This document shows positions 1 through 13,800 of a stretch of 64,000 bases of DNA, one piece after another (the first letter of the stretch is position 1; each line of letters begins with the position of its first letter). This stretch comes from Malacoraja senta. Taxonomy: Eukaryota. The notes beneath the pieces were generated by a model. The model had not been told where the DNA came from, searched no databases, and saw only the letters and a list, made by a program, of their open reading frames with translations. The stretch spans positions 45,756,001 to 45,820,000 of the forward strand of contig CM075984.1 in the NCBI GenBank assembly GCA_038087875.1, written 5' to 3'. Made by a program: the position numbers and the translations under genes.

Positions 1-334
1 TTTGATATTTGTTAAGGATAAGCACAAACCTGCAATTTCCAAAGACCCTTCCCTGTGAATAAACAGGTTATCATTTGTGAGTAAACATTCCTCGACTCTC
101 CATTTTAGAAAGTCATCCTCATTGGAAATGTAAAGTGAAAAATGTGCACAGCACTTCTACAAATGCTTCACCACCCACCAGAAATGAAAATAACCTTCTA
201 GGAATTACATTTTTCAAGTAGGCAGCATTTAAAAAAAACATCTAAACTTGCTTTAGATTGCTGTACACATCTTGAGTTTTAATACCAGTAAAAAAAAAAC
301 CTTCATCCATTGATTTTATTTTTTCCTCAAGACA

Positions 335-670
335 GATAGTCAAGAGTGTTTAATTATCATATGCACCAGTCTCGGAACAATTAAATCCCTGCTTGCTGCA
401 GCTTTATAGTTACACAACACAACAAATAAATATGTAATAAATTATCAGTTATTCTAGGTAAAGCAAACCATCATGGTGCAAGACAAAGTATATAGTGGAA
501 TCTTAGTGGTGCAAGGTTGTTAATAGCTGGCTGCTAAGGTTAGCGGGTGCAGGGAAGTTCACGAGTCTGATGATTAATGGTAAGAACCTGAAGATAACTG
601 TTCTTAGGCTCCTGTACCTTCTTCCCAATGATAGCTACAAGATGAGAAAGTTGCCAGGGGTTTGTTGGTC
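335..670 (-). mobile_element. Degenerate Rex1/Babar-like LINE 3' fragment
   Basis: Resembles the 3' RT/UTR region of the other Rex1-like copies in the window; boundaries approximate. Confidence 0.4.
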
Positions 671-1428
671 ACATTTGCGCTTTCACTGTTGAGCAAATTA
701 GTTCATTCTAATATTTGGGATGCTTCTAAAATGAATAAGAGATTCTAGAATCTGCATTTTGTAAATCCATAATGTGATCATTTTTCATGAGCATTCTTTA
801 GGCAGGATTACCCTTGGACTGACTGGGTAGATATCTAATGTTTGGAGTACAAGGCTAGTTTACAGAATCTCTTTATAATCTGATCCTTGGAGCTCAATAA
901 GATTTAGAAATCTTTGCTGTCCTCATGCCCAACCTTGTGTCAGGTATGGTGACCCACACTAAACATACAAACACACATATTTCATAAGGATTGAGTAGAA
1001 AAACTTTATAACCTCTAGTCATTTAAAAAACAATGCACCACAAAGCCTTTCACAGCTGTGAGATTTTCATTATTTAATGTTCTGCACTTCCACCTTTCCC
1101 CCCCCCCCCCCCCCCCCACAAAAAACTTACGCAGTAAAATCCACCTGCTAGTTCCTCATATAAATGGTTAATAAAGGAACTAAAAGAAAATCGAGGCATT
1201 GTTAATTTTGAATTTGAGGATACATTTAGATAACTGTAGGCACAATGCACAGGAGTAGATGAATACATGATGACACAGAAGTCACAGGATACATACACTG
1301 AAAAAGCCTGGTTTTCCAATTATTGTGATTTATAGGAACATATCTCACCTGTGTGGTAACATTATTTAGATATATTGACACATTAGCTGCTACATACAAA
1401 TACATACCGTGTGAAATTAATATTCCTG

Positions 1429-2474
1429 GCAATCGGGGGAGAAGGGCCTTGGTCAGTGACATGACCAAGAACCCGTTGGTCACTCTGACAGAGCTCCAGA
1501 GTTCCTCTGTGGAGAAGGGAGAACCTTCCAGAAGGACAACTATATCTGCAGCACTCCACCAATCAGGCCTTTATGGTAGAGTGGCCAGACAGAAGCCATT
1601 CCTCAGTAAAAGGCACATGACAGCCCTCTTGGAGTTTGCCAAAAGGCACCTAAATTACTCTCAGACCATGAGAAACAAGATTCTCTGGCGTGATGAAATC
1701 AAGATAGAACTCTTTGGCCTGAATGCCAAGCGTCACGTCTGGAGGAAACCAGGCACCGCTCATCACCTGGCCAATACCATACCGATGGTGAAGCATGGTG
1801 GTGGCAGTATACCATGCTGTGGGGATGTTTTTCAGCGGCAGGAACTGTGAGACTAGTCAGGATCGAGGGAAAGATGAACGGAGCAAAGTACAGAGAGGTC
1901 CTTGATGAAAACCTGCTCCAGAGCGTTCTGGACCTCAGACTGGGGCGGAGGTTCACCTGTCAACAGGACAACGACCCTAAACACACAGCCAAGACAACGC
2001 AGGAGTGGCTTTGTGACAAGTCTGTGAATGTCCTTGAGTGGCCCAGCCAGAGCCCGGACTGGAACCCGATCAAACATCTCTGGAGGGACCTGAAAGTAGC
2101 TGTGCATCGACGCTCCCCATGCAACCTGACAGAGCTCGAGAGGATCTGCAGAGAATGGGAGAAATTACCCAAATACAGGTGTGCCAAGCTTGCAGCGTCA
2201 TGCCCAAGAAGACTTGAGGCTGTAATCGCTGCCAAAGGTGCCTCAACAAAATACTGAGTAAAGGCTCTGAATACTTACGTAAATGTGATATTTCAGTTAT
2301 TTCTTTTTAATTACTTTGCAAAAAAATCTAAACACCTGTTTTCGTTTTTTTATTGTGGGGTATTGTGTGTAGATTGATGATAAAAAAAATGAATTGAATC
2401 CATTATAGAATAAGGCTGTAAAGTAACAAAATGTGGAAAAAGTGAAGGGGTCTGAATATTTTCTGAATGCACTG
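1429..2474 (+). mobile_element. Tc1 element family A, left end missing
   Basis: Frameshifted DD34E transposase (WRDEIK, QQDNDPKH, ...KGASTKY). Right TIR ends ...GAATGCACTG followed by TA. Same family as 35655-37192. Confidence 0.93.
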
Positions 2475-4237
2475 TAAATGGCTTTTGATATATTTTAATG
2501 ATATGCAACTCATTTATTGCTCACTTATTGCACCAATAAAAAATAATCGATTTGCATTATGCGTTTAATCTCTACTTACCATCTTGCAGGAGAAATCAAG
2601 TTTTAGCAGAGTGAGCAAGACTTGTTGCTAAAATTATTGCATTTCTGCATATATGAACAACTCCATTCCCATTAATACACACTCAAAAACATAACTATCA
2701 TTTGTTCTCACTGGATCAAAGTTCAGGAACTCCACAACAACTGAAAATGAATATACTAATTTAGACAAGGAGTTGCCCGCATGCACCCTCGAGCCTGCTC
2801 TACCATTCAATAAGATCACTGCCAAATCGATCGCATCCATTACTCTGCATTCCCACTTACTACATTATTTTTCATCACCGTGAATGAAGAATCTATCAGC
2901 TTCTGCCTAAAAAATATTCAAAGCATCTACTTTCACCAATCATTAATGGATTTCCAAAACTCAAAAGTACTCAGAAACAAAATTGCACTTGAAAAGGACT
3001 GTCAAAGAAATTATGTACTAACCAAAATCTCCATACTTCTGCATATAATTCTCTTTGCAATAAATTGTTAGCATTTCTAATTATCCATTGCACCTGCTTG
3101 ATAACTGTTGGTGAAATTGTACAGACACACCACCCATCTACAGTTCTGCAATCTTACACTTAGATATGTTTTATTAATTAACCTAACATTCTGGATAATT
3201 TCCATTTCTCCATATTTACTCAGTTTGCTAGCTCTTTGTCCATTTATTTAACCTATCTGTATCCTTTTGCAGCCACCTCATATTATCTTCATAAATTACT
3301 TTCATTCTTATCAATGTGTTATCAACAAATTTAACAACCATATGTGCAGCGTGTTCATCAAGTCAGAAGCATAAATCGCAAAAGCATGAGCTCTGGCACG
3401 CCACTTGTTATCACTTGCCAATTAGAAGACGACCCATTTATATCTACTTTGCGTAGAAACTAATGTTATCTCATACAGCATCTTACACTTTTCCACAATG
3501 ACCTTCAATGCAACACAAGTACAGTACTTCCATTATTTTCACTTTAACAGCAATGCGTAAAAAAATCCCACTACTTTGATCAATCATTATTTCCATACAA
3601 GAAGCCATGATGACCTTGAATTTTTCTAAGCTCCTGTTTCAAATACCACCATAATAGTTAATGAATGTAAAGTTAAACAGACAGCTTTTATTTTAACTAC
3701 ATGACAGGTACATTTTACCTGGGTAGCAAATTTGGGTATGTTATTGCAGACACTTAGAAACGGATAAAATCAGACAGCAAATGCATTTACTATTATTGTG
3801 GAAAGTCTAATAAGAAAATAGTTATTATTACAAACAAATGAAATAGAAAGGATCAAAACACTGTATGGGATATTTCTGATATGGCAACAGAAACCTGAAG
3901 ATCTTTAAACTTTGAGATCTTTCTGAATCAATCCATCAAATACAGAAACATAGTACATATATATATAGCGATGTCACGTTTGCTGTCATATTTGCAATTT
4001 TTGATGATACGATCCATGCTTTGTTTATAAAAAACATAAACTCAATGATTAAATGAGTTTAGTATATCACATTCACACCTGCATTCCATTTTGAACTATG
4101 AATAACCAATTAAAAGAGAATTCTCACCACAGTACTTGTCAATTATCAATTCAATCATATAAACAGCTGAAATATTACACCATGGGCAAAGTAAACATCT
4201 CTATCTCTATCTATATATCTATATTTTTATCCACACA

Positions 4238-4305
4238 TATATACACACATATATAAACACACATATGTGCGTGTGTGTGTGTGTGTTTATATATGTGTGT
4301 ATATA
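4238..4305. repeat. (TA)/(CA)/(GT) microsatellite forming a 26-bp perfect inverted repeat
   Basis: TATATACACACATATATAAACACACA at 4238-4263 and its reverse complement at 4280-4305. Confidence 0.85.
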
Positions 4306-4530
4306 GATATATATATTGTTCAAGCAGTGCCACAATCACTCAATAAATACACAAATTTTCTCTGCTTACAGATTAAAAATTGCCAGTATTTACCCCCAAA
4401 TTAAAATTCAAAATATCTTGAAGTGACACAGGGGATATATGCTTGGATATCATCTGAGTAGGCTGTGCAGTTCTATCCAAGACAGTGAAAGTGCCAGTGT
4501 AAAGTGCACAAGCTCAATATTATCACAAAA

Positions 4531-5987
4531 TGAGCTCCCCCTCCCCTCACCCCACTCACCATCAACATCACAGTCACATCTGTGGAGTCTTTTAAGTTCC
4601 TGGGAACCATCATCTCCAAGGACGTTAAATGGGGGGGCTACCTTCGACTCCAGTCAAGAAAATGTCTACACAGACATTTTCAACCAGTCCCTGCAAACCT
4701 GTACTGTCCCTGCCTGCTTCAAAGTCTCCACTATTGTTCCTGTACCCAAAAAGGCAAGGATTACTGGTCTTAATGACTACAGGCATATCGGGCCAATAGA
4801 TCTGTGGATGACGCAGTCAATCTGGGTCTGCATGTCATCCTCCAGAACCTAGACCGCCAGGGGAACTATGCAAGGATTTTGTTTGTTGATTTTAGCTCTG
4901 CATTCAACACCATTGTGCCAGAGCTACTACACTCCAAACTTTCCGAGTTGACTGTGCCTGAACCCCTGTCAGTGGATCACCAGCTTCCTGACATACAGGA
5001 AGCAGCAGGTGAGGCTGGGTAAGCACCTCGGACCCGCAAACCCTCAGCATAGGAGCACCACAAGGCTGTGTACTCTCCCCTCTACTTTACTCTCTCTACA
5101 CCAATGACTGCACCTCCACTGACTCCTCTGTCAAGCTTCTCAAGTTTGCGGACGACACAACCCTGATTGGACTGACCCAGGATGGGGAAGAATCTGCCTA
5201 CAGTCAGGAAGAGACACAGCTGATGGCCTGGTGCCGTCGCAACAACCTGGAGCTCAATGCTCATAAGAGTGGAATTAATAGACTTTAGGAGAGCGCCCCC
5301 TCCCCTCACCATCAACACCAGTCGCATCTGTGGAGTCTTTTAAGTTCCTGAGAACCATCATCTCCAAGGACCTTAAACGGGGAGCTACCATCGACTCCAC
5401 AGTCAAAAAGGCACAACAGAGGATGTACTTCCTGCGGCAGCACAATCGGCCACAGGCAATGATGGTCCAATTCTATACGGCCATCATAGAGTCTGTCCTC
5501 ACCTTCTCCATCTTGGTCTGGTTTGGCTCAGCCACCAAGCACGACACCTGGAAGTTGCAGCGAATCGTCCGATCAGCTGAGAAGGTTATTGGCTGCAACC
5601 ATCCCTCTATTGACGAACTGTACACTGCAAGGGCCAGGAAGCGAGCGGGTAAGATCATCTCTGACCCCTCTCACCCTGGCCACAAACTCTTTGAATCACT
5701 TCCCTCTGGAAGGCGACTCCGGACTGTCAAAGCTGCCACAGCCAGACATAAAAACAGCTTTTTTCCATGAGTAGTAGCTCTACTCAATAACCAAAAATCT
5801 GTAGCCTCCTTTTGCTCTGGTATTTTATTTAATTCACATGTTTAATCAATAATGTTTTATTATTAATGTTTAATGTTTTATGTGTCATTCCTAACTGTCA
5901 CCGTATGTCGTTGTCACTTGCGGGCGGAGCACCAAGGCAAATTCCTTGTATGTGGATACTTGGCCAATAAACTTATTCATTCATTCA
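4531..5987 (+). mobile_element. Rex1/Babar-type LINE, 5'-truncated, internally deleted and rearranged
   Basis: RT motifs YARILFVDFSSAFNT, GAPQGCVLSP, KFADDTTL and KAQQRMYFLR. Ends in AATAAA followed by an (ATTC)n tail. Confidence 0.9.
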
Positions 5988-6127
5988 AATTTGAAATCTA
6001 AAATTCAGATGGAATAATAAAGTAATTATTATATTTTTGATCAGAGAAACAGAATTCTCAAGTTTGCAGCAAGTACACACAAGTAATACATTTCTATCAG
6101 CGAAAATGAATAATGAAAATGATTTCA

Positions 6128-6133
6128 TTTATT
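6128..6133 (-). terminator. Distal poly(A) signal
   Basis: AATAAA followed downstream by TTGTGTGTACTTG; TE-dense sequence resumes just beyond it. Confidence 0.55.
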
Positions 6134-7378
6134 CAGGCAGGAGCATCAGAAAACTGGTAACAGTCTTGAGCAGAGATTGGCTGTGTATTCCAAAATAGGG
6201 ATAGAAAGTGTTATATTGTACAACAAATACAACATACTACTTTTCAGAAGAACACTGGAAATAATACTTGTGATAAAATGCCAGAATTGCATTTGATATA
6301 TATTTACTAAACCAGCTGAGCAGATACCTGCACTATTTGCAAGTGGAAATATAATATTGTACATTTAGATTATGACACAACTTGGTAGCTAACCCGTTTG
6401 GTGTGGTCACCAAAATTAAAATCCTGGAATAACGCAATTAAAAATGATATAGAATTTTTGTCTCCTCCCCAAATTACAAACAAATCAAGTTAATTTATTC
6501 AAATGAAACTGCTTTTTAAATAAGATAATTGGTAGATGAAGTTGTTGGTTCAGTTTCAAAGCACTGGAAGATAAAAGTACTGGAAACAATTTTAATATTA
6601 ACAAAACTTGTATAAACGGAATTAAAATTTTGTTCAGCAAATGAGCAATCAGCAATATTTTTGTATGAATCGATACATTGCGTTTTACAGAACAAACTTA
6701 CACTGGGTCATCCATTCTGAATATTCAGCGTCAAGTTTCTTCCTTTGTTGAAATAATATTCAAGGTCAGATGATGATTGCATGGTTAGACTTTCAGAGCC
6801 CAGGGATAATGCAGACGTTAGAAAATGACTGGTGTATCCAGTTGATCAACTTCTACTGGCAGCACTAGTTATTTATTCATAAGATAATTCAGCAAAACAA
6901 AAAAACAGTACAAGGGTGGCTGAAGATCAGCACATGAAAAAATTAACAGATTTATCATTATTGATTAATTGATCATTATCAAATTGCCTTAATGAACTAG
7001 AGACTGCAAATACAAATACAATTGTGGCAAAATAAGAATTTTAATTAAAAAAAAATCTGAATATAAATATTTAGCACCAGTCAAAGTCCCCATGAATCTG
7101 CTGGATTGTCTTAAAAAACCCCAACCAGTTCATTAAAATCCTTTTGGAAGGAAAACTACCAGCGTTATCTGGTATGTGAGACTTCATTCAAGTTCTGAAG
7201 CAGGCAAGTAAGAGGCTACTTTGTTCAGAAAAGCAACTCACCATTACCTTCCCAGTTCAGCAAGGAAAGCACAAAATGCTGACCACGTCAGCACTCCATA
7301 TCCCAAGAACTAAACGAGTAAACTAAAACTACAAATTAGGAAAATTAGAGAACTGAATCCAACTTAGATTAAAAGTTA

Positions 7379-7465
7379 GACACAAAATGCTGGAGTAACT
7401 CAGCGGGACAGGCAGCATCTCTGGAGAGAAGGGAAGGGTGACGTTTGGAGTCGAGACCCTTCTAC
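7379..7465 (-). mobile_element. ~90-nt Penelope-like terminal unit with a mutated hammerhead core
   Basis: 13-bp flanking direct repeat AGATTAAAAGTTA (7366-7378 / 7466-7478). Homologous to 52043-52129. Confidence 0.85.
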
Positions 7466-9476
7466 AGATTAAAAGTTAATTGTTTGACAATTCAAGACAC
7501 AAATCTATACCCTGTAAACCCTGAAATTTGACAGCCAGTTAACCATTCTAATAACAACAGCATGTATTCCAAGGTATTAGTAATAGCATACATGTCCACA
7601 CAAAAAAGTTAATTTCTTGAATTTAGAGAGTATTCAGAGAGTATTCTAAATCCTTAATTCTAAATATGTAGTGAGAATGAACATATATTCATCCTCACTA
7701 CATCCTTGATTCTAAGGATGTATTGAGAATGGAGATAAAAGCTTTGTATTTAAAGTAAAGTGACTCCAATTGTACCAAATTAATCTCTAATTTATATATC
7801 AATTTAGCAATGAAGACAAGAAAAATTCTGCAAGAAATTTCCAGGTATGAAAGTAATTCTGTACCTTTATACCAGATTAACCTAAATTAAAAATGATTGG
7901 TAGAAAATAGCAGGCAGAAACACCTAAAAAAGGTGCAGTTTGTGGAAACAATTTCTCCAGTCAGAGCTTTTATTTAAATGGACTTCATTTCCTTTGTATT
8001 TTTCCTAGCAGTTACATCAAAACATTCAACTCTGTACTTAAGTGTAGAATCTTTAATGTATATTCAATTGGCTGGCATCATAACAAAGACGTTGGCCGAA
8101 CTGGATTGATTGTAATGTGCCCTTAAAAAGCAGTACAGCAAACAATCTGACATATACCTCTAATAACAAACGTTATGAACTTAAAAAAATCAATAACCCA
8201 TTAAGATTAACCTTTGAAACATAAATTATGATAATTATGCATATATTAAGTCTCACCAAAAGTTTGTTCAACTTTTAATTAAAAATTTAATCCAGAAGGG
8301 ATCACTTGCATCCATTCTCACTCCATTTATAGCACTGGTTGGGGCTTCAAAAGACCAACTCAAATTTAATTGTGGATATACTGAAAAGTCAAGAGAAAAT
8401 GTGGATTATTGAGGTAGCTCTCTCCCACCCCATCATTTATTTTCAGCAGAGTATCCAGGAGACATTTATTTGGTAGTTCTGTTGCTTCCATGTACAGCAT
8501 TAAATATAATTTAAAAAAATCACTGCAACTGCAAATCAAAGAAATATCTACCAATTAATATAACAAATTGATTTATGCTGCAAATCAGTGAAACATGTTA
8601 TGACCATGGCCTCCCATGTACATATGATGCTCAATGCTATGGAAATGGAAACTGTTCCCATAAACCAGTACTATCCCTGAATGAAAGTGATTTCCCCTTG
8701 ACTGGAAGGCATGGGCATTTTTAACTGTCTGAGACAGCCTTGGTTTGTTTGATACAGACAAATCAAAAGTAAACTAGGGAAAAGCTTTCAGCTTATCCAC
8801 AACTGTAGTTAAATAAGAGTTATTCTTTAATGCTCTTTCCATGCATTGCCACATCTATCTTAATGCTTCTTTTCTCCGATGAAAACGAAGAAAGCCTAAT
8901 CATCTTAACAGATTTATGACTGTATACATCTTGTGTACAACGTGGATTTTCTCTAGTTTGCCAGTATTTTTAATTCCTGTCTACAAGTGTGATGAAAACA
9001 ATGCCCTGTACAAGCTATTATTCGCAGTGAGTACAACAGCAAAAAAAAATATTATACATTTTATACACACTAAAATAAAAACTCCAACTTTAGAAGTAAC
9101 TGGGTATGGACTGCACTTGCCACCGACATAATGAAACAATATACAACTTTAGCGATAATACAGGCAGTTTAATGGGACCCCATCCAAAGATTTCGACTAA
9201 AAATAAATCATGCAGCAACTTGCATCCAATGGTAAAATACAACATGTTTAATAGCACATTTTTGCCATTTTATAAATGTGTTCACTATTTTGGAGTTCAC
9301 ATTAAAGCCTTCTTCCCAGCAAAATACTGCAAAAGCAAGGCAATATGCGAGGCAGTTGCAGTTCATTTAACCAGCTTTATATACCCAATCCTTACAAGCA
9401 CGGAGGTGCCAAACACTTGGAAAAATTCCTCGACATAAACATTGAGAATCAGGGAAAAAGAAATTCGAACAATTAT

Positions 9477-9518
9477 TTTATTTTTATTGATGGTATTTCA
9501 CGTTTTCTAAATTTTATT
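9477..9518 (-). terminator. Proximal poly(A) signal cluster
   Basis: AATAAA on the minus strand at 9513-9518, 9483-9488 and 9477-9482, about 280-310 nt after the stop. Confidence 0.55.
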
Positions 9519-9791
9519 TCCTTTTTTTTGTACAGTACTGAAAACAAAATGAAAACACATTCACATTTTCCCGAAGAACTCTTAAGGATGATCTCTACAA
9601 GGATAAAATGGCGAGCAACCAGAAGTTGGGTCCATTTTTGTTCAAAATTATCACAGGGAACGAGGGCTTGATCTGAATAATCTAGTACACTTACTGCAAT
9701 TTATTTGGAGAAGGTCTTCTTAATATTTTTAAAACGAACCTCCCAGTTCATGCGATTATACAGTCCAGAAGATAAACTGGTTGAATGCACC

Positions 9792-9923
<132 letters not shown>

Positions 9924-10261
9924 CTATGGATAGAGAGGGAGAAGGGTAACATTTCTTTAACATGGTCTGTAACGACAAACATTAAAATTGTTGAAGAGTT
10001 ATAGATACTGTTCATGAATGGCCCTGTGGTTTGGTCGTGTTGCAAAAGACATTCACGTTTCATTGCTCTAATGCGGGAGAATTGTGCATGTCAGTAATGT
10101 AGTGTAGTACTTTTCATCATATCCTCACTAATTAAATACTTGTTTAGTAATTCTATCAATCTTGAACTTTGATATCAATGAAAACACATTCAATGATGTT
10201 TGCAGAAATCAAGTTTTAAAAAAAATGTTTTTAAACATTGTATTTTTATAGATGAAATTTA

Positions 10262-10426
<165 letters not shown>

Positions 10427-10869
10427 TTAAATCCAAAAGTCATATTAAAACATCAAGGATCAAATAGCACAAAATTCACAACACATGAAAATCAGTGTGT
10501 GGTAAACTTAACCTCCCTTCAAGGAAAAGAGAAGACATTTGAATTCTCAATCCCACAGGATCGTTGAGGTTACATCACTAGAAATACTTAGAGGAAGTCA
10601 TTAAATTCTTGAAAGATTAGAGAATTGAAGGCTATTGGGGAATTGACATAGATGAGGAGATGTGGCCTAGAAGATCAGCCATTTTGAATGGTGGGGCAGG
10701 TTTGAGGGGGCCAGGTGGCCCATTTTTCTGATGTTCTCCAGTAATAATTTACTATTAAAAGGTGCTCCAGCTGACTGAATACAAGAAGTTTAATTCAGAA
10801 AATTACCAGGACCTTAAAAATATTCAACATTTTGAACAGAAACAGATGGTAAATTGGAACATTGAACAG

Positions 10870-13800
10870 AAAGTACAAAAGAAACAGGAAGAATAGAACA
10901 AATGCCCCCTTGATTCTGCTCTCCGTTTAGTCATGTCGTGGCTGATGGAAGCCAAGCTTCTATCAACCACGAGATTAAATGAAGAACAGGATCATGGGCC
11001 CATTTTTCCATTCTTCCTGATTCTTTTGAACTTATTTGGGCTTCCATACCACTTACCCGTTCTTTCCCCCTGCCACTCAAATGACTTGTGATGCAAAAAT
11101 CTTTCAATCTGCACCTTAATCCATTCAATTACCTTATCTCCACTACTACTGTAGATGAGAGGAAATAGCTCATCATCATCCTTAACATCATAGATCTTCA
11201 ACATCAGTGACCTCTTCCCTCCAATTAGGATATAGATACCCACATTAAGGAAAATGTTCTCCCAGCTTTCCCTTATATTTTTGAATGTTTAAAAAAAAAA
11301 AAAAATCATCCTTATATACTCCAATGAACACAACGCCAATCTCTCACACTCTTTCCGCATATCAACTCCTTCATTTCAGGAATTAAGCTTGTGGACTTTC
11401 TCTGCACTGCTTTAATCTAACTATATCTTTCTTGAAATATAAACAAAATTACAAAATTCCTGAGAACTGGAGGGTAGTTAATGTAACCCCACTTTTTAAA
11501 AAGGGAGGGAGAGAGAAAATGGGGAATTACAGACCAGTTAGTCTAACATCAGTGGTGGGGAAAATTCTGGAGTCAGTTATTAAAGATGGGATAGCAGCAC
11601 ATTTGGAAAGTAGTGAATTCATTGGACAAAGTCAGCATGGATTTATGAAAGGTAAATCATGTCTGACGAATCTTATAGAATATTTCGAGGATGTAACTAG
11701 TAGAGTGGATAAGGGAGAACCAGTGGATGTGTTATATCTGGACTTTCAGAAGACTTTCGACAAGGTCCCACATAAGAGATTAGTATGCAAACTTAAAGCA
11801 CACGGTATTGGGGGTTCAGTATTGATGTGGATAGAGAACTGGCTGGCAGACAGGAAGCAAAGAGTAGGAGTAAACGGGTCCTTTTCAGAATGGCAGGCAG
11901 TGACTAGTGGGGTACCGCAAGGCTCAGTGCTGGGACCCCAGCTATTTACAATATATATTAATGATCTGGATGAGGGAATTGAATGCAACATCTCCAGGTT
12001 TGCAGATGACACGAAGCTGGGGGGCAGTGTTAGCTTCGTGTCATCCGCAAACTTGGAGATGTTGCATTCAATTCCCTCATCCAGTTCATTAATAACTGAC
12101 TCCAGAATTTTCCCCACCACCGATGTTAGACTAACTGGTCTGTAATTCCCCGTTTTCTCTCTCCCTCCCTTTTTAAAAAGTGGGGTTACATTAGCTACCC
12201 TCCAGTCCTCAGGAATTTTGTAATTTTGTTTATATTTCAAGAAAGATATAGTTAGATTAAAGCAGTGCAGAGAAAGTGTCATCCGGATGCTAGGAGGCTG
12301 CAAGGTGACTTGGATAGGTTGGGTGAGTGGGCAAATGCATGGCAGATGCAGTATAATGTGGATAAATGTGAGGTTATCCATTTTGGTGGCAAAAACAGGA
12401 AAGTAGACCATTATCTGAATGGTGGCCATTAGGAAAAGGGGAGATGCAACGAGACCTGGATGTCATGGTACACCAATCATTGAAAGTAGGCATGCAGGTG
12501 CAGCAGGCAGTGAAGAAAACAAATGGTATGTTAGCATTCATAGCAAAAGGATTTGAGTATAAGAGCAGGGAGGTTCTACTGCAGTTGTACAGGGTCTTGG
12601 TGAGACCACACCTGGAGTATTGCGCACAGTTTTGGTCTCCTAATCTGAGGAAAGACATTCTTGCCATAGAGGGAGTACAGAGAAGGTTCACCAGACTGAT
12701 TCCTGGGATGGCAGGACTTTCATATGAAGAAAGACTGGATAGACTCGGCTTGTACACGCTAGAATTTAGAAGATTGAGGGGGGATCTTATAGAAACTTAC
12801 AAAATTCTTAAGGGGTTGGACAGGCTAGATGCAGGTAGATTATTCCCGATGTTGGGGAAGTTCAGAACTAGGGGTCACAGTTTAAGGATAAGAGGGAAGT
12901 CTTTTAGGACCGAGATGAGAAAATCATTTTTTACACAGAGAGTGGTGAATCTGTGGAATTTTCTGCCACAGAAGGTAGTTGAGGCCAGTTCATTGGCTAT
13001 ATTTAAGAGGGAGTTAGATGTGGCCCTTGTGGCTAAAGGGATCAGGGGGTATGGAGAGAAGGCAGGGATGGGATACTGAGTTGGATGATCAGCCATGATC
13101 ATATCGAATGGCGGTGCAGGCTCGAAGGGCCGAATGGCCTACTCCTGCACCTATTTTCTATGTTTCTAATACTACATTTGCTGTCTCAAAGATACATCAA
13201 AAAATCTCCATGTATACACTCCATCCCCTCCCCATTAGCATTCCTGATTATTTGCTGTAAATACATGCCAATCCTTTAAATTTCATGCACCATTAATACA
13301 GTGCACCAGCATTCTGCAGCTTCATTCTGTTTGATTAATAATCATTTACTTTTTCTTTCTTCTTTCTAACACGGATAACTGCATTCCTCCCGCGGAGGCT
13401 ATTGGTGTCTTCACAATTTGTTAACCCACTGAGCTTTGTACCAGCAGCACAAGTGGCTACAGTACACTTCTTTCAGATTACATATACAGATTATAATTAG
13501 TTGAGGCCCCACCACTGATCCATGTGGCACTCATTCTACTTTTTGCCAATACAAAAAATGACTTGGTCACACCAACTCCTCCCACTCCCTATCCTCACCA
13601 AATTATTGCCCCCAACCCCATATTCTTTTCATGCAAAAACATTTATCTGGCATTTCATCAAATGCCTTTTGGAAGTACAAATTCATCACATCTGCTAGTT
13701 TCCCTTTATCTATTCTGTTTCCTACATCCTCAAAGACCATTAGAAAATCTGTCAAACATTATTCCCCTTTCATAAAACCACTGATTCGACATGATTATCT

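Larger units (their letters stand above)
6110..9791 (-). promoter_or_regulatory. CUL3: Probable long CUL3 3'UTR
   Basis: AT-rich, nearly TE-free stretch downstream of the stop codon. The distal end is inferred from AATAAA at 6128-6133 with upstream TGTA and a downstream GT-rich element. Confidence 0.65.

Noticed and set aside
2570-2640. Possible exon of a downstream gene (GGTAAGT donor on the minus strand near 2574-2580)
   Set aside because: There is only an isolated donor-like motif, with no recognisable coding sequence or partner exon.
11746-12429. 227-aa minus-strand RT-like ORF as a separate gene
   Set aside because: It is a by-product of the inverted duplication inside the CR1.
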